From: Eledone cirrhosa
Lineage: Eukaryota
Direction of reading: 5' to 3'
Length of the DNA stretch: 64,000 nt
Assembly (NCBI GenBank): GCA_964016885.1
Contig: OZ024758.1
Span: 8,928,001 to 8,992,000, forward strand
The notes under the pieces are model-generated. The model made no database searches, had not been told where the DNA came from, and was given only the letters and a program-made list of their open reading frames with translations. The first letter of the stretch is position 1, and every line of letters begins with the position of its first letter. A program made the translations under genes and the position numbers. Of this stretch, positions 27,101 through 39,100 are shown in pieces.

Positions 27101-30100
27101 GACTAAGAGAATACTTGTGTTGTGTTTTGCACTTGTATTTTAATTTTAGCATGTCCTTTTAACATCAAATCAATAATTTGGAGTTGAAGATCTGTTAGAA
27201 GTTCATTGTAAATGCAGTGAAAAGGATTGTGAAAGATTTATAATCTTTTTGTGTCCACTTAGATCTGAAAACTGTAGCTTCTGACATGTGAATACGAGAG
27301 GAAATGAAGAATATATTTCTTGGTTATATTTTTCACAGCAGAAAGTTATGTCATTAGCTAGGAGTGAAAAACGGTTAATTTATGACAAAATACTTTCATT
27401 GCAGAGGACATCGCATATAACCTCAGAATTGCCTTGTAATCTATAACCGAACGCATTAAAATAAGTTATTTAAGTCAACCAAAAATGCCAATTTCCAAAA
27501 CCATTCACTTGTCAACCTCCATTGGGATAACTTTTATTACTACTAAGCCATTTTACAGAAGAGTGGTAAAGAAAATTGCATTATTTAGCTTCCATTCCTT
27601 TGAAAAATGTTAAAAACTGGTAAAACAACTGAGTGCATGTAATCAAATAAAATTCATCTCAAGTGTACTGACATAATAAGTGTGCTAATGTAACTTACTG
27701 ATATAATGGTATATAGCTTCAGTGTACCATTATATTAAGGCAGCAAATTAGCAAAGTCATTAGAAAGTCAGCTAGAATGCTTTGCAGTATTTGTTTCAGC
27801 TCTCAGCTCTCTCAGTTCAAATCCCACCGAGGTCAACTTTGCCTTTCATCCATTCAAGGTTGATAAAAAAAAAGTACCAGTCTAGTACTGGGGTAGATTC
27901 TTCTTCTATATCTCTTTCTCACTTTCAATCTCTCACTCTCTATCCTTCTCTGGAAGAAATCTGTTGTATTAAAACCTGGAGAGTAGATGGGCTCTGCTAG
28001 GTTTTAAAAATGCCCCAAGAATCACCATGTGTCAACATGGTGCCCCTACAACCCCCTCATTAGGAGTTACAAGACTATACATACCATTATATAACTAATT
28101 CTATGGTTAAGCTATCTGTGATCAAGCCATTTTTTTCTGTAATAGGCCTAATTACTGCTGATAATCACACTACCTTCTGCATCTCCAATCACCAATCTCC
28201 TGATTTTCATCTCTTTTTCCCAACATCTTTAACTATGTCTGTTTTGTCCTCCTTCCTTTCATCTTTCCTCAATACATGACCTAATCCTCTCTCTTCACAA
28301 AATTCATCACTGGCTCTATTCACATCATCATCTGCAATTCATTCTTTCTCTTCCTCTCTCTCTGAGCGATATTCTGCACATCCCACAAATCATTCTCATT
28401 TCTGTTTCTTTCTAGTCTTCTCTACTGCTCCATGTTCATCATGAAATAGTTTACAAGAAGCTAAAATCAGTGTCAATCTTGCTATGTCACATTAGCATTA
28501 TGAATCTTGCCTAAGGCCAATATATCAACCGGAAAAATATTCATGCTAAATGCTCAACTACCTAATTGAAAATAAGTGTTTAGCAATGCCTATCTCTGAA
28601 TAAAATCAGACAAATCTCTTATGAAGGGGAAAAGAAAGTATGTCAATATAGAAGTTCTGGAAGTTAGATTATGTCTTGGATAAGAAATCTATAAGAAGGA
28701 TACACATAAGAAAACAATGTTGGAGCCGAGTCAACAAGAGTACCTCTACGTCAACACTTAAAGTGATAGAAAAAGCTATTCAATTTTCCTCAAATCATAC
28801 TCAGCTTTCTTTAAAAAAAAGGTGTATTGTATAATGTAGTTCTAGTTAGAGTATTACATGTAGTTCTAGTTACAGTATTACATGTAGTTCTAGTTACAGT
28901 ATTACATGTAGTTCTAGTTATAGTATTACATGTAGTTCTAGTTATAGTATTACATGTAGTTCTAGTTACAGTATTACATGTAGTTCTAGTTACAGTATTA
29001 CATGTAGTTCTAGTTACAGTATTACATGTAGTTTTAGTTACAGTATTACATGTAGTTCTAGTTACAGTATTACATGTAGTTCTAGTTACAGTATTACATG
29101 TAGTTCTAGTTACAGTATTACATGTAGTTCTAGTTATAGTATTACATGTAGTTCTAGTTATAGTATTACATGTAGTTCTAGTTACAGTATTACATTGTGT
29201 AGTTCTAGTTATAATATTACATGTAGTTCTAGTTATAATATTACATGTAGTTCTAGTTAGAGTATTACATGTAGTTCTAGTTACAGTATTACATGTAGTT
29301 CTAGTTACAGTATTACATGTAGTTCTAGTTACAGTATTATATCTAGTTATAGTTACAGTATTACATGTAGTTCTAGTTACAGTATTACATTGTGTAGTTC
29401 TAGTTATAATATTACATGTAGTTCTAGTTATAGTATTACATGTAGTTCTAGTTATAGTATTACATGTAGTTCTAGTTACAGTATTACATGTAGTTCTAGT
29501 TACAGTATTATATCTAGTTATAGTTACAGTATTACATGTAGTTCTAGTTACAGTATTACATTGTGTAGTTCTAGTTATAATATTACATGTAGTTCTAGTT
29601 ATAGTATTACATGTAGTTCTAGTTACAGTATTACATGTAGTTCTAGTTATAGTATTACATGTAGTTCTAGTTACAGTATTACATGTAGTTCTAGTTACAG
29701 TATTATATCTAGTTATAGTTACAGTATTACATGTAGTTCTAGTTACAGTATTACATCTATGATCACAGTTGAAACACCTTTGATCATAGATGGTTGACCT
29801 GAGTTAAACATCAACAATGTCGACCTTCTCATTGTGGGCCCTGGAAAATGATCATTGATCTCTGATCACGCTCAGATGAACCACAACCTGAGACAGCAAC
29901 AGTCTCATATGCAAGAAGAACATTAACAACGTCTAAGCCATTTTGAGCACTGAAATGTCTGAAAATTGTTTGGCATCAATGCTTCAAGATTCCATGGTTA
30001 CACAGAATTGTTAGCAATTGTACTTCAATACAGATAAGAAGAGCAGAAAATATACTTTGTTTTGTTGAGAGCAAATCAAACTGATGAAGTCCATTCTTCT

Positions 30101-33100
30101 CCAGATTATTGACTATGAATCACAGATAATATAAATAAGTGAAGTGAAATAGTTTGTTTTGTCTCAGATACAACTTTCAAGAAGTTATATGAAACTCCTC
30201 AAATTTTTAACCCTTTCATGACCACATTTCTAATGAAATACATTCTATTTCAATTAATTAATGAAGAATTTTGAGGGATTTATAAAAATTATTTATTATT
30301 TCATTTCTAAGGTAGTAACTTAATGTAAGGTTCTTATATAAACTTATGTTGGAAGATTTTAATTTAAACTGGAAAACTTTAAAATGGGTGATTTTATTTC
30401 ATTAGAACCAGAGCCAGTTTGACCAAGTTGGTAACAAAACGGTTAAATATCACTCATGCCAGTAAATTAAAAAGAAAACAACAATCATGCACGAAATAAC
30501 AAGGCAATAATTACAGGCTAATTTGAACACTGACATTAAATTATGAATAATTCAACAACCTAATTAATAAATTATGTAGACAGTATAGTTTAATGTGTAT
30601 GAGAATCTGACACATATGGGATTGTAATACAGAAAGAAAATTATCAGTTGCCAAACCTATTTCTACAAATTACACAACTAATTACAGAACCTCCATATCA
30701 CCAGCATAAATCTAAAAATAAGAATGAAGTTTTCTAAAAGCCTGAGAAACCTTGAATGTATTTCAACAATCAAATTTATAGTCCCTCACAGAAAATAGCC
30801 TAGACATTAAATCCATACAACTCCATACAAAGTTTTTACAACAATTGAAGCTTTCTTTCTTTAAATAATTTTATAAAACATTTTTAATAAGGTAAAATCG
30901 AAATAATTTAAATGAAATGGATTTCTTTTTCTTCTCCCACTATTCCTGAGAGGGTCATAGGGGAATCCCAGCGAGACCAGCCAAGCTCATGGATGTTACC
31001 CAACCATTTTGCTCAGGGTCTATCAGTCTCCTGTCTGGTTGGTTTTGCCTGTAAAATCTGTCCAGCGATTCTTTCCTGAGACATTCTAACCACAAGCCGA
31101 TAGTATTTCATGTTTTTTTTTAAATGGATTTAAATTGTAAAATTAAAAACAATTATATCCCTCCATGGAATCCAAATTTGAAAAAAAAATCTTTTGTAAA
31201 ATTATTTAAAGAAAGAAAACTTCAATTATTCTAAAAGCTGTTGACTTGAAGTCTAGGCTACTTTCTATAAGGAACTGCCAATTTGATTGTTGAAATACAT
31301 TCAAGATTCCTCAGGCTTTTAGAAAATATCAGTTATTTCAAAACCAGCAATACTTATGACACTGAATCAAATAAATTCTATTTGATCCTCATTTTAGTGA
31401 CCAAGGTGCCTAAAAACCTCAAGTTGACCCCAGTTGAATTTAAGTAAAAACTGAAGTGAAAATTTAGATAGAATAATGTAGGGAGCTCTCAACCTCTTTT
31501 GTCCAACTACTATGGAAATGCTTTGAAAGCAATTTTACACCCATCCAGTTTTGTTCAATAATTCAAATTTAAATCTCAACTAACAAATCAATGAAGCTTG
31601 TGCAGTACACGCTACATGTCAATAGAGTTCCACTGAAGCAGGTAGAGGAGTTCAAGTATGGGGGGGGGGGGGGCTGTGTTCATGAGTGATGGAAGGCAGG
31701 GGGCTGAATTAAGTGCAAGAATTGCAAAAGCTAGTGCAGTAATGCACCAGTTTCACAATTCAGTAATCAGAAGCCAAACTCACTGTCTTCAATTCGGTTT
31801 TCATGCCAACCCCTTACCTATGGTCGTGAATGTTGGGTAATGACTGAAATAATACAATTGTGAATACAAGTGGCCGAAATGGGATTCCTCCAAAGGGTCT
31901 TTGGGGTAACAATACTTGATAAAGTGCATAGCTCAGAGATCAGAGAGTCACTCCAGGTAGAGCTGCTACTTCTCCAAATTGAGAGATCACAGCTCCGATA
32001 CTATGGGTATGTGGTTAGAATGTCTCAGGAAAGAATCTCTGGACAAAACTAACCAGTAAGAGACCCAGGGGTAGACCCTGAACAAGATGGTTGGATAACA
32101 TCCATGAGTTTGGCTGATCATGCTTGAGGATCCAGCTGGATCAGTTGGAAAGGGTTGCTTCTGACAGGACCCACTGGAAGGAGTGTTTGAGGACTCTGCC
32201 CCCACGACTATCTCAGAAATAAATAATACTGCAACTGATAAAAGGGAAACTTTTAAATACAAATAGAGAGAATGTCTAATAAACATTCATTTATATTGAT
32301 GTCTTTTTTTCTACTGTCATCTATTTCTTGAAAGGGTTATTCTCCTCTGAATTATACTATATTGGCAATATAATAATTAAGAAGTATAAAGCACAGATCA
32401 TTAAATACAAAACAATAGGAAGAAAACAAGTAAACCTACTTCTAACTGATTATATTTATGAGGGTTGACTGAAAGGTTCATAAGCTGACGATGGAGGAGT
32501 GATGTTAAAGCTGTGAAATCTTGTATTGAAAGAGAGACTGTGTGAAAGACAGATATCACTATAGTAAATAACTATACAAGTGACACTTTCCTGTCGATAC
32601 TCCCAGCTTGTTGCCAGCTTGTATGTTCGTTACTTGAGACACCATTTGTCACCCCTGACGTTCCATTTCAGAAAAGATTATTGTGACAAATATTATGCAT
32701 TGAATTTCTGAATTTCATACCAAATATTTATGTTTTAACTTATAATAACTCATAGGCACTAAATAAACAACCACTTGATTTCACTTTATATCAACAACAC
32801 ATCTAATATTCCAAACAAGACATATTGTTTACAAGCAGCAAAATGGTTGAGATTAAAGCACTGAACTGTATTAGCTATTTTGTTATAAGTTTCTAACCAG
32901 CTTTAACTCTTTAACTCAAAGCACATTATTATCCATTCTATTTTACAGTCAAGTGGTTTACACATAAAAAGTACCCTAACGTAAACATACTAACTACAGC
33001 ATTATCTAAATATAAATATACACATTTTCCCCCATGTAAGCATGGAGAAACTATTAATAAAATATATATATATATAATACCATAAAAATCTAATTACTAC

Positions 33101-36100
33101 ATAGATAAGATATCCCTATCTTATTACTAGGGATATTAAGGAAGAATTAATGCTAAAGAAAAACCAGTCTAATGAATTATATTGATCAGATTAACAATTG
33201 GTATCAATCAACAACTATCTATGACAATAACACTGTAATAGATAGCCAAATAAATAACAAAAGTTTTCTAAAGTTTTGTTTGATTTTCATTAGTAACTCA
33301 GATATGGACATTGATTTTATGGTAAATGCAGGTCTATAAGTGTCAATTAGATCACCTCAGAAGCTGATACAGCTATTCCTGAACAGCAACACATTATCAG
33401 ATTATATGAAAGAAAGTTAAGCCATTGTTTGCTGTTTACTATAATCTTTAACAAAGGTTATTATTTAGATTATAGATGAAAAACAAAGCATCATCTAATG
33501 TTACTGAGAGTTTAATGCAGGCAATACAAAAGTGCTTTAAATATGTCCTCTACAACAGAAATATATCAATAATCCCAGGATCAGGCAAACAGCATAGAGG
33601 GAAGAAAGCTCTCCCAACAAATGAAATCTGTAATCTGGTTTTGATTCCTGATTGCCACTATTTTCTTCATCGTTTAACATCCATTTTGCACGCTGGCATG
33701 GTTCAGATGAGTTGTTCCATTTGAGGCAAGCCAAATACGGTGACTGTGTCTTGTCCATATAGAGCTATTTCCGGCTTAGTTTCTACCACTGGATGCCCTT
33801 CCTAACACCAACCACATTAGTGTAGACTGGGTGCAAAAGTCATACACTACTAAATAATCATCATTTTATAAACATTTATCACATTATTTACAAAAATAAC
33901 AACTATGAAGATATGGCAAAGTAATATTTTACTGGTGCACGACTTTTGTGCCACCCTGTATAAATCATTTTTACACACTGACTTTTCCATGCTGGCATGG
34001 GTTGGGTGGGAGATTTTCAGGCAATGTTTTACAGCCAGACGCCTTTCTTAACACCAAACATATTAATCACTTCTTACATGTAAGGATAGTGTACCAATTC
34101 TAACCGGATATGTAGTGTATGTATGGAATTGTGTATGTGTCTCTATTTTTTTATAATTCCTAAGGCTTCCTGATCCAAGAATCCTTTCTGAGATCCCGGA
34201 AGTACAGTTTGGAGGATACTGATTGATTCAGAGTAATAAATGTTTTTGATCTAAAAGGTCCATGGTAATAATTGGTGCCAAATTTGTACATCCATGGTTC
34301 ATAGTTTAGATATATGGTGATCACTGGTGGATGGTTTCTTGGCTCAGAGTGATGATTGGAGGATGGTTTGTTGGTTCATGATTAGTGGGTGGTTTCTTGG
34401 CTCAGAGAGATGATTAGAGGATGGTTTGTTGGTTCATGATTAGTGGGTGGTTTCTTGGCTCAGAGAGATGATTGGAGGATGGTTTGTTGGCTCAGAGTTA
34501 TGATTGGAGGATGGTTTGTTAATTCAGAGATGATTGGAGCATGGTTTGTTGGCTCAGATTGATGATTGGAGGATTGTTTGTTAATTCAGAGATGATTGGC
34601 GGATAGCTTGTTGGCTCAGAGTGATGATTGGAGGATGGTTTGTTGGTTCAGAGATGATTGGTGGATGGTCTGTTGGTTCAGAGATGATTGGTGGATGGTT
34701 TGTTGGTTCAGAGATGATTGGTGGATGGTCTGTTGGTTCAGAGATGATTGGTGGATGGTTTGTTGGTTCAGAGATGATTGGTGGATGGTTTGTTGGTTCA
34801 GAGATGATTGGAGGATGGTTTGTTGGTTCAGAGATGATTGGTGGATGGTCTGTTGGTTCAGAGATGATTGGTGGATGGTTTGTTGGTTCATGATTGATGG
34901 ATGGTTTATTGGTTCATGATTGGTGGATGGTTTGTTGGTTCAGAGTATGATTGTTGGATGGTTTGTTAATTCAGAGATGATTGGTGGATGGTTTATTAGT
35001 TCAAGATTGGTGGATGGTTTGTTGGATAGTTTGTTAATTCAGAGATGATTGGTGGTTTGTTAATTCAGAGATGATTGGAGGATGGCTTGTTGGTTCAGAG
35101 ATGATTGGTGGATGGTCTGTTGGTTCAGAGATGATTGGTGGATGGTTTGTTGGTTCATGATTGATGGATGGTTTATTGGTTCATGATTGGTGGATGGTTT
35201 ATTAGTTCATGATTGGTGGATGGTTTGTTGGATAGTTTGTTAATTCAGAGATGATTGGTGGATGGTTTGTTAATTCAGAGATGATTGGAGGATGGCTTGT
35301 TGGCTCAGAGATGATTGGTGGATGGTCTGTTGGTTCATGATTGATGGATGGTTTATTGGTTCATGATTGGTAGATGGTTTGTTGGTTCAGCGTGGTGATT
35401 GGTGGATGGTTTGTTGGTTCAGAGTGGTGATTGGTGGATGGTTTGTTGGCTCAGAGTGATGATTGGAGGATGGTTTGTTGGCTCAGAGTGATGATTGGAG
35501 GATGGTTTGTTGACTCGGAGTGATGATTAGTGGATGGTTTCTTGGCTCAGAGATGATTGGAGGATGGTTTCTTGGCTCATAGTAGATGTTTTGTTGATCC
35601 AGAGTGATGATTGATGGATGGTTTGTTGGTTCAGAGATGATTGGTGGATGGTCTGTTGGTTCAGTGATGATTGGTGGATAGTTTGTTGGTTCAGTAATGA
35701 TTGGATGGTTTATTGGTGGATAGTTTGTTGATCCAGAGTGATGATTGATGAACGGTTTGTTGGTTCAGAGATGATTGATGGACGGTTTATTGATTCAGAG
35801 ATGATTGGTGGATGGTTTGTTGGTTCATGATTGATGGATAGTTTATTGGTTCATGATTGGTGAATGGTTTGTTGGTTCAGAGTGGTGATTGGTGGTTTGT
35901 TGGTTCAGTGATGATTGGTGGATGGTTTGTTGGCTCAGTGATGATTGTAGGATGGTTTGTTGTCTCAGATTGATGATTGGAGGATTGTTTGTTGGTTCAG
36001 AGTGGTGATTGGTGGTTTGTTGGTTCAGTGATGATTGTAGGATGGTTTGTTGTCTCAGATTGATGATTGGAGGATTGTTTGTTGGTTCAGAGATGATTGG

Positions 36101-39100
36101 TGGATGGTTTGTTGGCTCAGTGATGATTGTAGGATGGTTTGTTGTCTCAGATTGATGATTGGAGGATTGTTTGTTGGTTCAGAGATGATTGGTGGATGGT
36201 TTGTTGGTTCAGTGATGATTGGTGGATGGTTTGTTGGTTCAGTGATGATTGGTGGATGGTTTTTCGGTTCAGAGATGATTAGTGGATGGTGTGATGATTT
36301 AGTGAATTATGATTAGTGGTTTGTTGGTTCAGTTAGATGATTGGTAGATGGTTTGAGGGTGATAGTGATATTTTTTGACATGGTATGGAACATGAATTGT
36401 CAGCTTCCATAAATAAATGACTATATTGTATGTTATATGTATTTAATCCTCAATTGAATCATCATGACTGCCACAAGACTTTTAATCAATGCAGGAACAG
36501 ACCTATTGGTATCTGGCTGAAACCACTGACATCATCTCTTCCTGTGTTACACCCACAAGTTGAGTTGAACCCAGGGATACCCAATGGTACTTTATAGTTT
36601 ATTTAGATGGATCATTTGAGGAAGAGTGTCTTGATCATAAACACGATAAACACGATCCTGAGCTAACAAGTTTCCATAAGTTTAAATTTTGAATATACAT
36701 TTCTTTCTCTATAGCAATCATCATCAGCGTTTAATGTCCATTTTTCTACGCTATTGTGAGACAAGTCAGATCAGATGACTGGCTTGGTTTCTACAGCTGG
36801 ATGCCCTTCCTAAAGCCAACCACATTTACAGTGTGGACTAATGGTTTCAGCAAATTACTGTACAATGCAGGTCCCATCAATTTACTCTCATGATCAAATA
36901 CTTCTGTTCTTTGAATACCATATGAAGACACTTGATTGCATTACTTTATGATGGAAAACAGTCTACATTGACAAAACAATTTTGACTATAAACAAAATCA
37001 AACCCAAGCCAACCTTCAAATGGTCATCCTTTATTAAAAATCTTTGATATAAGTGATAGTTGATCTTAGAATTATGCAATACCATGGATTTTGTTTAGCC
37101 ATAGGTCCTTCTTGATCCAGCAAACTATGATCATAGATGTTCTAGACATAATCATCTTTTTTCTGACAATGTATCTACAATTACATCACCCAGTATGTTC
37201 TATTTTTTATAAGATGGTAGGATGTGACTTGAGAAAGATTAGGCTGTCGTTTTTAGCAGGTTGTGTTCAATTTTATTTTTAGTCGAGATTGTTGGCTTCT
37301 GTTAAAACACATATAATAAAGAAGCGTTTATATAACAAAAGGATTCTATCATAAAAGTAAACCACTAGGACAGGTTGGATACAGCAGTACCAGGTAAGGA
37401 CTTTTAACCTTGTGTATTGTGCTAGAGACCTTGTGATTAACTAGTCAAATGAACAAAGTAAAGTTCCGCTTTTCTTCCAACCATCGAACTGAGTTCAGTG
37501 TCCTAAATTCAGAAGAACGTTTGTAAACTTTACGGCATTAAGCAAGCAACTGATGTATAGCCAGTTCCCTTAATCTTAATTAGGGGGCATTCTCAGCCCT
37601 AGTATTTACCCAGATCCCTAAACATAATTGTCTAAAGAGCAGCTATAAGTTCTCCAAACCTATACGCTCCTAACAATAGGCTTATTGGTAAGAAGTCGAT
37701 CTTATTAAAACAAACTCGCATTGCATAATCATCCTCATTTTATATATCACGCAGTATATTTTTATGCGTTCGAAACATAGTAACTATGTTATTAACACAC
37801 AAACGTGAGAGAATCATTAGCTACGAACAAACGTGTGTGTATATTTGAATGTACAAATACGAAAAAAATATGTAGTTTGGGTACCAAAATGGCGCTAGTC
37901 GCCCTGAAGGCAATACAAGAAATGGAAAACTCGGAGGGACAGAGAGAGGCCCCAATTTCAAACGAATGCAGATATACACAAAGAAAAGAAACCGATAAAA
38001 AAAATAAAATTATAGACGAGTCATCAAAATATAAAGACGATTCGGTGAGATGAATAACAACAATGTCTTTGCAATCGGTGGTGTGTTCTAGATTGTACAA
38101 ACTGCCTCTAGGAATCATTTCAACCAACAATTTCAACAATTACCATAAATATTAAAGATATATTCGACAACAAAATATTACTTTAGATACACATATAAAA
38201 CAAATTTACACATGCGTGGAACCCATGTTTTAATATAGATACGTACACACAAAATATTGTTCAGTACAGTGACCTAGATTTCGTCTTCTGATTTTCCGAT
38301 TATGTTAATGGCTTTTATTTTTCTCTATTATGAATGTAAAAACGTCGTCAAGTTGATTTTTTTTAAGTTTTATGCTGCCCATTACAAACAATATACCATA
38401 AATTTAAATTCGAGACAATTTTGTTATTATTTTGATTGTATTTATTTCGTACAAAGGATTTTTTTTTCCACTATCAAGAAAGACAAGGACAATAATGCTT
38501 CTTTAAGTTAGGAATATGACTAGCAAAATTTCATTGGAAAATATTTATATCGAATGATGCAACTATCATTTGACCAAGAAAAGGCAAAATTATCTTTCAA
38601 AGGAACAAAAAATTTGACGATTTAAATGGGGTATTTTTGGAATGTCCTGGGAGGTTTAGATCATGAAGACGAAAATGGAATGGGATTTTAAAGTCTTAAA
38701 AGACAATTTACATAATTCATTCGAAATGTATCTAAGGATTTAAGTTATAAGTTTAAGTGGTTGTTGCACAGTCTAAGAAACACAACTAAACAATTTGGGT
38801 CAATAACTGGCAAACAAGAAAATCGATAAAATAAATTATCAGTTAAGACCTTATTAATATGATAATTATAAGCATATCGATCTTTAGTTAAGTAGATACA
38901 AAATCATTGGTAAAATGTCGTAAATAATACAATGGTAGAATATTTGGTAAAATATGGTTAAAGAAATATCAATGGTTCGACAATTGCTTGCTTTGGTGTT
39001 TAAATTATTACATTGCAATAACCATAGCCATGTTTCTTCTCATACTGACGTCATCACAGCTAGCAAGAAGACGAAGCTTGGGCGAAACAAATTGGCTTCT

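Noticed and set aside
28827-29797. 311-aa (VLHVVLVT)n and 135-aa (CSSSYSIT)n ORFs
   Set aside because: Products of a 24-bp minisatellite
34596-36316. Trp-rich and Gln-rich repeat ORFs
   Set aside because: Products of a 30-bp minisatellite
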